64,000 bases of DNA from an uncultured Actinomycetota bacterium (GCA_963792195.1 CAWBVK010000009.1:12988-76987); one strand, 5' to 3'. Shown: positions 52,594-64,000, numbered from the stretch's first letter. Program-made: numbers and translations. The notes: generated by a model not told the origin, from the letters alone.

Positions 52594-52656
52594 GCCCGCC
52601 CAGGAGCGACCCGGTCGAGCGGGTCGGAGGGTCGGAGCGGATCGGGTCGGACCGGG

Positions 52657-53335
52657 TCAGGCCGGGCCGAGGTCGGCCACCACGGGCACGTGGTCGGTCG
52701 CGGCCCGCACGTCGTGCGGGTCGGCGCCCCCGTCGCCGTAGCCCCGCACGCGCAGGCCGGGGCCGGCGAGGACGACGTCCAGCCGCTTGTCCGCCCGCCC
52801 GGCGGGGAACGTGGGACCGGACGCCCGGGGCCGGGTCGGGGCCGACCGAGGCCATCAGGAGCTCCCACACCGGCTGCCCCGGCGTCTCGTTGAGGTCGCC
52901 GGCCACGACGTGCGGGCCGGGGCGCGCCAGGAGCAGCTCGACGGCCCGGCGCGCGTGCGCCAGCCGCAGCGCGGGCTCGAGCGGCAGGTGCAGGCAGGCC
53001 GACGGAGCAGGCTGCAGCCGTTCCGTCGGTCAGGTCGGCGACGACCAGGCCGCGGGTACGCGTGAACGGGCCGCGGACGGGCAGCCGCCCGGCGAGGACG
53101 TGCCGGACCGAGACCGCCGGGGTCGACCAGCAGGGCCGTGCCCCCCGAGGTGCGGCCGCCGGCGACGTGCACGAGGCCGACGTCGCGGGCGAACCGTGCG
53201 ATCCGCCGGCCGCCGCCGGGGCGCCGGGGGGCCTCCTGCAGGCACAGCACGTCGGGGGCGAGGGCCGCGGACGACCCGGCGCAGGGCCGCTCGGTCGTCG
53301 AGGAAGTCGCGGACGTTCCAGCTCACCAGCCGCAC
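52657..53335 (-). CDS. Endonuclease/exonuclease/phosphatase (EEP) family protein, frameshifted
   Basis: [35 protein letters not shown]-terminal ...[15 protein letters not shown] (manual). Confidence 0.7.
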
Positions 53336-53411
53336 GGCGCCATGATCCCGCCGGATCCGTGAGCGCAGGTTTCGGGGGCACACGGGGGCGGAGCCCCCGC
53401 GGGTTCGTTGA

Positions 53412-54381
53412 TCACGAGGAGGGTGCGGCGAGGTCGCGGCGGGCCAGGTCGGCGGCGCCGACGAGGCCGGCCTCGGGGCCGAGGGCGGCGCGGACGATCC
53501 GCGCCTCGGGCCGGTAGCCGCGACCGGTCAGGGTCCGGCGGAAGGCCTCTCGGGCCGGCCGCAGCAGCAGCTCCCCCGCGTCGGAGACGCCGCCGCCGAT
53601 GACGAAGAGCCCGGGGTCGAGCGCCGCCGCGAGGTTGGCCAGGCCGACGCCGAGCCAGCGCCCGACGTCGCCGAAGAGCTCGACCGCGCACGCGTCGCCC
53701 GCGCGGGCGGCGGCGGTGACGACGGGACCCACCAGCGCGTCGACGTCGCCCGACGACGCGCTCCAGCAGGCCGACCGCGACCGGCGACCCGGCCAGCGCC
53801 AGCTCGCGGGCCTCGCGGCCCGAGCACGTTGCCCGACGCGTACTGCTCCAGGCAGCCGCGGTTGCCGCACTCGCACCGGCGGCCCGTCGGGCACGACGAC
53901 CATGTGGCCGAACTCGCCGGCCATGCCGAACCGCCCCCGCTGCGACGGCGCCGTCGAGCACGATGCCCCCGCCGATGCCGGTGCCGAGCGTGACGCACAC
54001 GAGGTGGGTCTCGCCCCGGCCCGCGCCGAACCGCCACTCGGCCCAGGCCGCCGCGTTCGCGTCGTTCTCGACGACGCACGGGCAGGGCGAGCGCCGCGGT
54101 CAGCGCGTCGCGCAGCGGCTCGTCGCGCCAGGCCAGGTGCGGGGAGAAGCGGACCCGTGAGCGCGTCGGCGTCCACGAAACCCGCCGCGCCGATGCCGAC
54201 CGCGGCGACCTCGTGCACTGCCGCGAGCTCGCGGACGACCTCGACGATGGTGGCCTCGACCGCGCTCGCGTCCCGCGACGGCGTGCGCCGCAGCGCCCGG
54301 GCGAGCACCCGGCCGGCGGGATCGACGACGCCGGCGGCGACCTTGGTGCCGCCGATGTCGACGCCGACCGGCGAGGGTCAC
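53412..54381 (-). CDS. ROK-family sugar kinase (glucokinase paralogue), frameshifted
   Basis: GTG 54381 overlaps the upstream stop. [13 protein letters not shown]-type N-terminus (manual). [27 protein letters not shown], zinc motif [40 protein letters not shown]. Confidence 0.8.
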
Positions 54382-55324
54382 AGCTCGCGCGCGAGGTCGG
54401 CGGCGCCGATGAGCCCCGCGTCGTTGCCCAGCGCGGCCCCCGTGATGAGCAGGTGCGGACGGTGCGTGCCGCCGGACAGCGCGGTGGCGTACGCCTCCCG
54501 CGCCGGGTCCAGGAGCAGGTCGCCGGCCTCGCTGACGCCGCCGCCGACGACGACCACCGCGGGGTCGAGCACCGCCGCGAGCGCGGCCGCCCCCTGGCCC
54601 AGCCAGCGGCCGATCTCGGCGAACAGCCCGACGGACGCCGGGTCACCGGCCATCGCCGCCTCGGCGACCATGGTCCCGGTGAGCGCCGAGGGATCCTGGC
54701 CGGCGAGGTCGAGCAGCCGCGCGCCGAGCACCGGGTCCTGCCGGCACAGCGCCTGGGCCTGCCGCAGCAGCGCGGAGCCCGAGCAGTACTGCTCCCAGCA
54801 GCCGTGGTTGCCGCAGCCGCAGGGCAGGCCGCCCGGCACGATCCGCAGGTGGCCGAACTCGGCGGCGACCCCGAAGGCCCCGCGCAGCAGCCGGCCGCCG
54901 AGGACGATCCCGCCGCCGAGGCCCGTGCCCACGGTCACGAGCACCATCTCGGGGTTGCGCCGGCCGCCGCCGAAGCGGTGCTCGCCCCAGGCCGCGGCGT
55001 TCGCGTCGTTCTCGACCACCACGGGGAGCCCGACCTGCGGGCCGACGATCTCGCGCAGCGGCCGGTCGACCATGGGCAGGTTCGGCGTGAACCGCAGGGT
55101 GGCGCGCTTCTCGTCGACGAAACCCGGCACCGCGAGGCCGACGGCGGCGATGTCGTGGTTGACGACGCAGCCGCCGCACCGCCTCGACGATGGCCGTCCT
55201 CGACGGCCTCGGCGGTCGTCGCGGGCGTCGAGACCCGGACCTTCTCGACGATGTGACCCGATGCGTCGACGGCACCGGCCGCGATCTTCGTGCCGCCCAC
55301 GTCGACACCGATCGTCAGGTCCAC
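54378..55324 (-). CDS. glk: ROK-family glucokinase (GlkA-like), one frame switch near 55190
   Basis: [96 protein letters not shown]. Close to my recollection of S. coelicolor GlkA. Confidence 0.85.
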
Positions 55325-55340
55325 CCGCCCGTCCTCCCTG

Positions 55341-55700
55341 TCACGTCGTCGCCACGACGATCCGCTGCACCGGTCGGCGGCCCCTCGCCCTGCGCCTCGC
55401 CGGCCGCTCCGGCCGGGGCTCGGTGAACCCGCCCGGGCGTCGACGCCGGACGGCGATCCGGACAGCAGGTCGCGGACGGCGCCGGCCAGGTCGCCGACCG
55501 CCGTCGGCGACCCGGGTCACGGCCTCGGGGTCGAGCTCGCGCAGGGCCGCGACGCCGCGGCAGACGGGGCACCAGCCGGCAGTCGGGGCCGTGGCCGGTC
55601 CGGGCGTCCGGCCGGCCTGGACGGCGTCGAGCAGGCGGACCGCCTCGTCGAGCAGCCGCCGGCCCTGCTCGGCCCGCTCGCCGCCGCTCGCGGCCGTCAC
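55341..55700 (-). CDS. Small conserved hypothetical protein (possibly DUF5304-like); 3' end uncertain
   Basis: GTG 55700 overlaps the ArsA-like stop (GTGA). VTAASGGERAEQGRRLLDEAVRLLDAVQ...WCPVCRGVAALRELDPEAV. The downstream frame is unclear. Confidence 0.4.
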   Translation of the reverse strand: MTAASGGERAEQGRRLLDEAVRLLDAVQAGRTPGPATAPTAGWCPVCRGVAALRELDPEAVTRVADGGRRPGRRRPRPAVRIAVRRRRPGGFTEPRPERPARRRARGRRPVQRIVVATT

Positions 55701-56910
55701 GCCGACCGCCACAGCGCCGGGTCGGGCCGGAACGCGACCCGCAGCGCGCCGTCCCGCAGCGCGGCACCGGCGACCTCGCATCGGCGCAGCACGCTGGGCA
55801 GCGACACCGCGCGGCGCATCCCGGCCACGTCGAGGAGCGAGCTCGTCCCCGCGGCGGGCGAGGCCGACGTCGCGCGCGCCGGGCGCCGGCAGCGCGAGCA
55901 CGAGCAGGTAGGCGTCCCCGTCGCGTTCCACTCTGGGGGCGACGGTGGGGGCGGCCGTGGTCTCCGGCGAGGGTGCCGCCGGATCGTCGGCGGGCGCGTC
56001 GAGACCGGACGCGAGGTCCTCCAGGGCGGCGGCGCCGAGCACGGGTTCGGCGTGCTCGGCGAGGCCGGCGACGGGCAGGGGGGCGAACGCGCGGGCGACG
56101 TCCGCCAGCACCCGCCGCTGCGCGGCGGCGCGGGCCGCCAGCCACGAGGAGCGCCCGGCCGGCACGAGCCGGTTGACGACGACGCCGTCGACGGCGACAC
56201 CGGCAGCGCGAGCGCGGTGCGGGCCCGCAGCGCCTGTGCCGGTGCGGCGGGCTCGGCGGTCACGACGAGCCGGGCCGAGGTGGCGGGGCTCGCGAGCAGG
56301 GTCGCCGCCGCGGCGAGCTCGGCGTGCAGGCGCTCGACCGCCTCGACCGCGCCGCGGCCCGGCACCGGCACGCCGGGTGCCGCGCCGTGCCCCATGGCCC
56401 ACAGCATGCGGCGCTCCAGCGGGAGCACCCGCTCGAGCAGGCGGGTCAGGGTCGCCGGGAGGGCGGCGAGCGCGACGGCCGCGTCGAGCGGCCCGGCGTC
56501 GGCCACGACGAGGTCCCAGCCGGCGACCGCCGCGTCGCGGAGGGCCAGCAGCGCGACCACGTCGGCGGCACCGGGCGGCGCGGTGAACTCCTCGGGGTCG
56601 AGCGGGTCGGTCCCGAGGGCAGCCGAGCACGGCGCGCAGCGGTGCCTCGAGCCCGGCCCACGCGCGGGCCGTGACCGCGCGAGGGTCGGCCTGCAGCAGC
56701 GCCAGCCCCGGTTCGACCTCGAGGGGCTCGGCGTCGCCCGGCCGGACGGACACGCCCAGGGCGCCGGCCGGGCCGGCCGCGGGGTCCAGCGGCGGGCGCG
56801 GCGCGAGCAGCAGGGTCTTGGTCCCGCGCGCGGGCGGCGCGCAGGGCGGTCGCGGCGGCGACGGTCGTCGTCCCCGCGCCGCCGGCGCCGGTGAGGAGCA
56901 GCAGGCGCAA
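55697..56910 (-). CDS. ArsA/Get3-like ATPase with HSP20-like C-terminal segment (Rv2184c-like), frameshifted
   Basis: TTG 56910 LRLLLLTGAGGAGTTTVAAATAL (deviant Walker A). DLVVADAGP, GVVVNRLVPAG. C-terminal DGDAYLLVLALPAPGARDVGLARRGDE...LDVAGMRRAVSLPSVLRRCEVAGAALRDGALRVAF. Confidence 0.75.
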
Positions 56911-56913
56911 GGC

Positions 56914-57359
56914 CCTACCCCTCGGCCCGCTTCTTGAGCTCCTTCAGCGCCGTGTCGATGATCGTCTTCTCGGCCTTCCGCCGGAGCATGCCGAGCATCG
57001 GCATCTTCAGCTCGACGCTCAGCAGGTAGGTGACCTCGGTGCCCTCACCGGCCGCGTCGAGCCGGTAGGCGCCGTCCATGGCCTTGAGGATGCCCGCCTG
57101 CGACGAGGGTCCAGGCCACGGTGCCGGTGCCGTCCTCGGCGAAGTCCCAGGTGTAGGCGAGGGTGTAGGTGTCGCGCAGGGCGCCGGCGTCGAGCACGAA
57201 CCGGACGGTGCGGGCCCAGCCGTCCTCGTCCTCCTCGAGCACCTCGGCAGAGCGCACGGCGCCGGTCCACTCGGGGTAGGCGTCGAAGTCGGCGATCACG
57301 TCGAGCACGTCGGCGGGCGCGGCGTCGACGAGGATGCTCGACTCGGTGCGGTCCGCCAT
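56914..57359 (-). CDS. SRPBCC (START/polyketide cyclase-like) family protein, TB16.3-like, one frame switch
   Basis: MADRTESSILVDAAPADVLDVIADFDAYPEWTGAVRSAEVLEEDEDGWARTVRFVLDAG. C-terminal ...EVTYLLSVELKMPMLGMLRRKAEKTIIDTALKELKKRAEG* by manual translation. Confidence 0.7.
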
Positions 57360-57525
57360 GGCCTCGCCCCTTCCGCTCGCCCGGCCGTCGCCGAAGGGTA
57401 TCGGGTGCAGACCAGCGGGGCGGCCCGGTGGTTATCGTCGGTACCTGCGGGGCTGCAGCGCCGTCCGGCGCCGGGCCTCCGCGACGGCAACCGGCGCGGC
57501 AGTCCGCGCGGATCGGAGGAGGACC

Positions 57526-59344
57526 GTGCTCGAGATCAGCGTCCCGGCGCTCGTGACGCCGGACCCGGCGGCGAACCTGACGGAGCTGGTCACGCGCGCC
57601 GCGGCGGAGGCCCCCGACGGCCGTGCTGTTCACCCGGCCCGCTCGCGGCGCCGACGCGGGCGGCGGGCTGGAGGACGTGACGTCCGCCGCCTTCCTCGCC
57701 GAGGTCGGCGCCGCTGGCCAAGGGCCTGATCGCCGCCGGCGTCGAGCCGGGCGACCGGGTCGCCCTGATGGCGAAGACCCGCTACGAGTGGACCCTGACC
57801 GACTTCGCGATCTGGTTCGCCGGCGGCGATCACGGTGCCCGTCTACGAGACCTCGTCGCCGGAGCAGGTCGCGTGGATCCTCTCCGACTCGGCCGCCGTC
57901 GCCGTCGTCACCGAGACGCCGGCGCACGCCGCCACCGTGGACGGCGTCCGCGACCGGCTCCCCGCGCTGCGGCACGTCTGGTCGATCGACGCGCGGCGAC
58001 CTCGACGGGCCTGGCGGCGGGCGGCGCCGACGTGGGCGACGACGAGCTCGAGCGGCGGCGCTCGGCCGCCCGGGGCGACACCGTCGCGACCCTGATCTAC
58101 ACCTCGGGCACCACCGGCCGGCCCAAGGGCTGCGAGCTCACGCACGCGCAACTTCCGCGACCTCGCCCTCAACGCCGTCGCCTACCTGTCCGCAGGTGGT
58201 GTGCGCGCCCGGGGCCAGCACGCTGCTGTTCCTGCCGCTCGCCCACGTCTTCGCGCGGTTCATCCAGGTGCTCTGCGTCGCCGCGCGGGCCCGGATGGGC
58301 CACACCCCCGACGTCAAGAACCTGGTCGACGACCTCGGCGCGTTCCGCCCGACGTTCGTGCTGGCCGTGCCCCGGGTCTTCGAGAAGATCTACAACTCCG
58401 CGGAGGCGACCGCCGAGGCCGGCGGCAAGGGCAGGATCTTCCGCGGCGGCCGCCGCGACGGCCATCGCCTACAGCACGCGCGCACGACAGCGGCGGCCCG
58501 GGCTGCGCGCTGCGGGCCCGGCACGCGCTCTTCGACCGGCTCGTCTACGGCAGGCTGCGGGAACGGCTCGGCGGGCAGCGTGCAGTACGCCGTCTCCGGC
58601 GGCGCGCCGCTCGGGCGCGCGGCTCGGCCACTTCTTCCGCGGGGTCGGCGTCGTCGTGCTCGAGGGCTGGGGCCTGACCGAGACGACGGCGCCCGGCCAC
58701 GGTCAACACCCCCGAGCGGATCCGGGTCGGCACGGTCGGGCGGCCGCTGCCCGGCGTCGGCGTGCGGGTCGCGGACGACGGCGAGCTGCTCGTGCGCGGC
58801 GTCAACGTGCTGCGCGGCTACTTCAACAACCCCGAGGCGACGGCCGAGGCGCTCGAGGACGGCTGGTTCCGCACCGGCGACCTCGGCGAGATCGACGACG
58901 ACGGCTTCGTGCGGATCACCGGGCCGCAAGAAGGAGATCATCGTCACCGCGGGCGGCAAGAACGTGGCGCCGATGGTCCTGGAGGACCGGCTGCGCGCGC
59001 ACGTGCTCGTCTCGCAGTGCATGGTCGTCGGCGACCAGCGCCCGTTCATCGCCGCGCTGGTCACGCTCGACGCCGAGATGCTGCCCGACCTGGCTGGCGA
59101 ACAACGGCAAGCAGCCGATGGACGTCGCCGCGGCCGCGCAGGACCCCGACGTGCGGGCCGAGCTGCAGCGCGCCGTCGACCACGCCAACGAGGCCGTGAG
59201 CAAGGCGGAGTCGATCCGCAAGTTCCTCGTCCTCGACACCGACTTCACCGAGGCCGGCGGCCACCTGACGCCCGAAGTCGAGCCTCAAGCGGGCGGTCGT
59301 GATGAAGGACTTCGCGCCCCAGGTGGAGAGCCTGTACGCAGTGA
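57526..59344 (+). CDS. fadD: Long-chain fatty-acid--CoA ligase (FadD15-like), frameshifted; 3' end uncertain (59344 or up to 59502)
   Basis: GGAGGAGG RBS, GTG 57526. [85 protein letters not shown]. Confidence 0.85.
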
Positions 59345-59413
59345 GGGCGATGGGCGGCCGCCCCGACGCGGGTCGGGGTACTGCCGGCGTCCGCCCCGGC
59401 GCTCGATCACACT

Positions 59414-60181
59414 GTGCGCGTGGCAGTGGAGGGGACGCTCGACGACGCCCTGCGGGCAGGGGCCGGGCCGGCGGGGCCGGTGGTGCGAGGTCGAGGGCCT
59501 GACCGTGCGCTTCGGAGCGGTGGACGCCGTCCGCGGCATCGACCTCGCCGTCGCAGCCGGGCGGCTCGGTGGCGCTCGTCGGGCGCAACGGCGCCGGCAA
59601 GTCGACGACCCTGCGGGTGCTCGCCGGCGTGGTGCCCGCCACCGGGGGGCGCGTGCGCGTCGGCGGCGTGGACGCCCGCCGCGACCCGCAGGCGGTCAAG
59701 CACCTCACCGGCTACTGCCCCGACGTCGGCGGGCTCGTGCCGCGCTCCACCCCCTGGGAGCACCTGCAGCTCGCCGCCCGGCTGCGCGGGCTGACCGGCT
59801 GGGAGCGCGCGCGCGCAGGACCTGCTCGAGCGGTTCGACCTCGCCGACGTGGCCGACCGCGTGACGGCCGGCTTCTCGCACGGCATGGGCCGGCGGCTCT
59901 CGGTCGTGCTGGCGGCGTTCCATTCGCCCCAGCGTGCTGCTGCTCGACGAGCCCTTCGACGGCGTCGACCCGCTCGGCGTCGACGCGACCCTCGCCCTCG
60001 TGCGAGGCCGAGCGGGCCGCGGGTGCCGCCGTCCTCGTCTCGACCCACCTGGTCGCCCTCGCCGCGCAGGCGTGCGACGACGCCGTCGTCCTGCGCGGCG
60101 GCCAGGTCGCCGGGCACCGCCCCGGCCGCCGAGCTGACCGGCGCCGAGGGTGAGCGGCGCTACCGCGGGATGCTGGCGTGA
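59414..60181 (+). CDS. ABC transporter ATP-binding protein, frameshifted
   Basis: EVEGLTVRFGAVDAVRGIDL. Walker A GRNGAGKSTTL, signature-like FSHGMGRRLS, Walker B LLLLDEPFDGVD (manual), VLVSTHLV. Confidence 0.85.
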
Positions 60182-61757
60182 GCGGCGGGGCGGGATCGCC
60201 TCGCACGCGATCGGGCACGGCGTGCCGGCGGGCGCGGCCGCCCGGGCCTGTCGGCCAGGTCGCCGCCCTGGTCGCGCTCCGGCTGGCCGCGCTGCGCGGC
60301 CCGGCGCGCCGGCGCGCGGTCGTGGGCGCCGCGCTGCTGCCCGGCCTCGCGGTGGCCGCCGTGACGACCGGCGCCGCTCTACCCCCGTGACCGGGTGCCC
60401 GTCGCTCGTCCTGCTGACGCCGTCGGCGTGGCTGTTCTTCCTCGTGGGCGTCGTCGTCGCCGCGGCGACGGGAGCCGGCGGCCGGCAGCTGCTGCCGCGC
60501 GAGCAGATCGTCGCCTTCCCCGTGTCGCCGGCGGCCGACCACCTCGGGCGCCGTCCTGACCGCGCCGCTCAACCTCGCCTGGTCGGTCCAGGCCGTGACG
60601 CTGCTGGCGCTCACCTCGTGGTCCGTGGGAGCCGGTGCCGGGGCTCCCCGCGGCGCTGGCGCTGACGCTGGCGTGGATCGTGTGCTGCACCGTCGTCGCG
60701 CAGGCCGCCGGCTGGCTCGTCGAGATCGTCCGGACGACCCCGGCCGGCGTCTGGCTGGTGCGGGGGGTGGTCGTCGCGGCGGCTGCCGCGGCCGCGCTCG
60801 TGGCCGTGACCGGCAAGGTCACCGCCGCCCTCGACGAGGCCCCGACGCAGCCCGTCGTCACGGCCGGGCTGACCGCGGGAACCGGGCACGGCTACGGGCC
60901 GTGGGCCGCGTGGCTCGCCGCCCTCGCCGGTGTCACGGCCGCCGGCGTGGCCGGTCGGCGCCTGGCTGGTCGGCCCTGCTCCAGCGCCGCCCGGCGCTCG
61001 TGCAGCAGCGCGGCGAGACCCGGCGGTGGCGCCGCCGCCCGCCGGCGGGCGGCCCGCTGCGGGCGAACCTGCGGGTCGACCACGCCGCGGTGTGGCGGTC
61101 GGCGCCGCTGCGCCGCGGCATCGTCGCCCTCGGGGTCATCCCCGGCGGCGTGGCCGCCGCCGCGCGGGCTGGAGTGGCCGATGGTCGCGCTTCTTCCCGG
61201 CCTGGTGGCGTCGGGTGCTGGTCTGCTGTTCGGCGTGAACGCCTTCGCCCTCGACGGGCCGGGCGCCCTGTGGCGCGAGACGCTGCCCGGCCCGCCCCGC
61301 ACGCATGCTGGCCGCCCGGCTGCTCGTCGTCGCCGAGGTGTGCCTGGCCGGCGGACTGGTCGCGCTCGCTGCGGCCGCGGTGCGGGCGCAGCGGCCGGCG
61401 CCGGCCGAGGTCGTCGTGGTCGTGGCCGCCCTGGTCGCGACGACGGCGCAGGTGGTGGCCCGGTGCGCCCGCTGGTCGGTGGACCGGCCCTACGCGGCGG
61501 CGCTGCGCGAGGCCCGCGACCAGCCCGCGCCGCCGGCGGCGATGGCCGGCTACTCGGCGCGCCTCGCCGTCTCGACGACCGGCACCGGCCTCGTCTTCTG
61601 GATCCTCGCCGCCTACGGGGCGGCGACGGCGGCGGTCCTGCTCGCCTGCGCGTTCACGCTCGTGGCCGCCCGGCGCTTCGTGCTCGTCGCCAGGCGCTGG
61701 TCGGACCACACCGCCCGTACCCGGATCCTCGCCACGGTCGCGGGCGCGCGCGCCTGA
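60178..61757 (+). CDS. Large polytopic membrane protein, putative permease partner of the ABC ATPase; frameshifted; no family recognised
   Basis: GTG 60178 overlaps the ATPase stop (GTGA). Hydrophobic segments such as WLFFLVGVVVAAATGAGG, LALTLAWIVCCTVVAQAAGWLV, VWLVRGVVVAAAAAAALVAV, MVALLPGLVASGAGLLFGVNAF, LLVVAEVCLAGGLVALAAAAV, GLVFWILAAYGAATAAVLLACAFTLVAA. Confidence 0.55.
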
Positions 61758-62094
61758 CCCCACCCGACGGTCGCGTCGCGCCGCTTCCCTTGCGACCCGG
61801 CTCGGGTTACCGTGACCGTCGGTCATGCTCGGGGGAGCCGGCCGACCGACGATGCGGGGGCGGGCCGTGACCACGGCTCGAGCAGGTAGCTTTCCTGCCA
61901 GGCGTCCGGTGGGGCGCCACGCCGGGAGCGAGCCGTGGTGCGGGGCGCCACGGCGCGGCGGCAGCAGAGCCCCGACTCGAGTGATGGGACGACATGGGAC
62001 GACGCACGCTGTCGAGCGCGGGGCGGCTCCTGCCCCGATCGGCGCGACCGGCACGACCGCCCCGACCCGCCGGACCGGCCCGGGGGGTGCGGCG

Positions 62095-63311
62095 ATGACG
62101 ACGATCTGCGACCTCGACCCGGTGGTCGCCAGCGCGCTGAGCAGCGCCGTCGGCGAGGTCGCCGTGCGTGACGAGCCTCGAGGCGCTGCGCCAGCACCTC
62201 GAGGCGGACCCCGCCGAGGACACGCGTCGTCCTCGGGCCGACGGTCGACCAGTCGGCGGCCTTCCGGATCGCCGACCAGATGCGGATCTGGCGCCCGAGC
62301 CTCGGCGTCGTCCTCGTGCGCCAGCGCGTCGACAGCGGCCTGCTCGCCGAGGCGATGCGCGCCGGGGTGCGCGACGTCGTCGACGAGCGCAACATCTCCG
62401 GCCTGCACGACGCCGTCCGGCGCAGCCAGGGCCTCGCCGCCGCCATGCGCGAGCAGGTCGCCGCGGCGGCGGCGGCCGCGGGCGGCCGCGAGGGCCGGAT
62501 CGTCACGGTCTTCTCCGCCAAGGGCGGCTGCGGCAAGACGACGCTCGCGACCAACATGGCCGCGGCGCTCGCGGACAGCGGCCGCCGCGAGGTGTGCCTC
62601 GTCGACCTCGACCTCGCCTTCGGCGACGTCGCCATCGCCCTGCAGCTCTTCCCGGCGCACACGATCGCCGACGCGGTGCCGCTCGGCGACAACGTCGACT
62701 TCGGCGGCGGTGCAGGCGCTGCTCACCCCGCACTCCCCCGGCCTGACCACGCTGGTGGCCCCGGTGGAGCCCGGCACCGGCGAGGGCATCCCCGCCGTCG
62801 CTGGTCTCGCGCGTCCTCGCAGGTGCTGCGCGACCACTTCGACTACGTCATCGTCGACACGCCCGCCGGCGTTCGACGACCACGTGCTGTCGGCGTTCGA
62901 CCTGTCCGACGTCGTCGCGCTGATCGCGACGCTCGACATCCCGGCCCTGAAGAACCTCAAGCTCACGCTCGAGACGATGGACCTGCTGAACTACCCGCGC
63001 GACCGGCTGGCGCATCGTGCTCAACCGCGCCGACTCGCAAGGTCGGGCCTCGCGATCGGCGAGGTCGAGAAGAGCCTGCGGGCCACGATCTCGGCGCAGA
63101 TCCCGAGCTCCCGCGACGTGCCCGCCGCGATCAACCGCGGCGTGCCGATCGTGCTCGACGACCCCCGCCACCCCGTGAGCATGGCGATCAAGCAGTTCGC
63201 CGAGCAGCACGTGCGTCACGGCGGCGCCGGCCGGCGACCGGGCGGACCCGGGCCAGCGTCGAGGCGCGCGCCGAGCGCCGCGGCCTGCTGCGCCGTAGGA
63301 GCAGGGCATGA
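62095..63311 (+). CDS. tadZ: TadZ/CpaE-like pilus-assembly ATPase (receiver-like N-domain + ParA/MinD fold), frameshifted
   Basis: ATG 62095 MTTICDLDPVV (in-frame GTG 61981 also possible). RIVTVFSAKGGCGKTTLATNMAAAL, VCLVDLDLAFGDV, DYVIVDTP, LDIPALKNLKLTLE. TGA overlaps the next ATG. Confidence 0.8.
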
Positions 63312-64000
63312 GCCTCGCCGACCGGCTCGCGCAGGCGCGCCGCGACCGCACGCCCGTCATCGAGGAGCGGGCCGCCGGCGCAGCGGCGGCCGCACCAGCG
63401 CCGCCGGCATCCCGATCCGCACCCGCCGGCACCGGCCTCGCCGACCCGTTCGCCGACCTCAAGCGCCAGGTGCACCAGGCGCTGCTCGACACCCTCGGCC
63501 CCAAGCTCTACGACGCGCGGCTCACCCAGTCCGAGATGGAGCAGAAGGTCCGCCAGACCCTGCAGGAGGTGCTCTCCACCGGGGAGATGCCGCTGACGTC
63601 GACCGACCGCGCCCGGATCGCGCAGGAGATCTCCGACGACATCCTCGGGTACGGGCCGATCGAGCCCTACCTGCGCGACGTCGACGTCACCGAGATCATG
63701 GTCAACGGACCGGACCAGATCTTCGTCGAGCGCGCCGGCCGGATCTATCCCGTGGACGGGCGCGTTCGCCGACGAGGCGCACCTGCGCCGCACGATCGAC
63801 AAGATCGTGGGCCGGGTCGGGCGGCGGGTCGACGAGTCCAGCCCGATGGTCGACGCCCGGCTGCCCGACGGCAGCCGCGTCAACGCCATCATCCCGCCGC
63901 TCGCCGTCGACGGCTCGCTGCTGACCATCCGCAAGTTCGCCGCCGACCCGCTGACCGCCGAGGACCTCGTCGCGTTCGGCACCATGACCCGGGCGGTCTC
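63308..64000 (+). CDS. tadA: TadA/CpaF type II/IV secretion-family ATPase, N-terminal part only (runs off window), one frame switch near 63757
   Basis: ATG 63308 [114 protein letters not shown]. Confidence 0.85.
   Translation, partial: MSLADRLAQARRDRTPVIEERAAGAAAAAPAPPASRSAPAGTGLADPFADLKRQVHQALLDTLGPKLYDARLTQSEMEQKVRQTLQEVLSTGEMPLTSTDRARIAQEISDDILGYGPIEPYLRDVDVTEIMVNGPDQIFVERAGRIYPVDGRVRRRGAPAPHDRQDRGPGRAAGRRVQPDGRRPAARRQPRQRHHPAARRRRLAADHPQVRRRPADRRGPRRVRHHDPGGL

Noticed and set aside
52594-52656. GGGTCGGAG-type short repeats between convergent genes, as a terminator or regulatory repeat
   Set aside because: They are only short degenerate G-rich direct repeats (GGGTCGGAGGGTCGGAGCGGATCGGGTCGGACCGGGTC) with no convincing stem-loop. 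Treated as low-complexity spacer.
61994-62098. 34-aa ORF ([34 protein letters not shown]) with an ATGA overlap onto tadZ, as a possible pilin or CpaB remnant
   Set aside because: It has Arg/Pro-rich off-frame-like composition, no hydrophobic segment or prepilin G/XXXXEY-type motif, and no RBS. The region may instead be an N-terminal extension of tadZ from GTG 61981.

Overview
This is a 64-kb slice of a very high-GC actinobacterial chromosome (roughly 70-75 % G+C by eye, not computed). The proteins look Micrococcales/Cellulomonas-like, but that assignment is inference.

The backbone is the conserved actinobacterial segment that in M. tuberculosis runs murG...mraZ (dcw cluster) - Rv2169c - metF/idsA - Rv2175c/pknL - aroG - plsC-like - ArsA-like/TB16.3 - fadD15. 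It appears here in the same order.

Accessory blocks sit between the backbone genes:
- a MoxR-DUF58-transglutaminase triad;
- a co-directional translesion-synthesis array (DUF6504-like, SAV_6107-like HEPN, dnaE2, methyltransferase, dinB) behind a LexA-type palindrome and without imuA/imuB;
- a split carotenoid pathway (crtE-crtI-crtB plus CrtA-like/CruF-like/GT2/CrtD-like tailoring genes);
- a 4xLysM-SLT lytic transglycosylase translationally coupled to a 4-PASTA Ser/Thr kinase;
- a phd-vapC toxin-antitoxin pair;
- a MacRS-like two-component system;
- tandem ROK glucokinases;
- an ABC pair and the start of a tad/cpa pilus locus.

I saw no rRNA, tRNA, CRISPR array, transposase or integrase.

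Key caveat: almost every gene longer than about 0.7 kb has to be stitched from several reading frames (single-base indels), and this includes essential cell-wall genes. The sequence therefore looks like an error-rich consensus rather than a set of real pseudogenes. Gene ends are hand-derived from the ORF track plus manual translation and may be off by a few bases. Many long ORFs in the track are GC-driven shadow or read-through ORFs.
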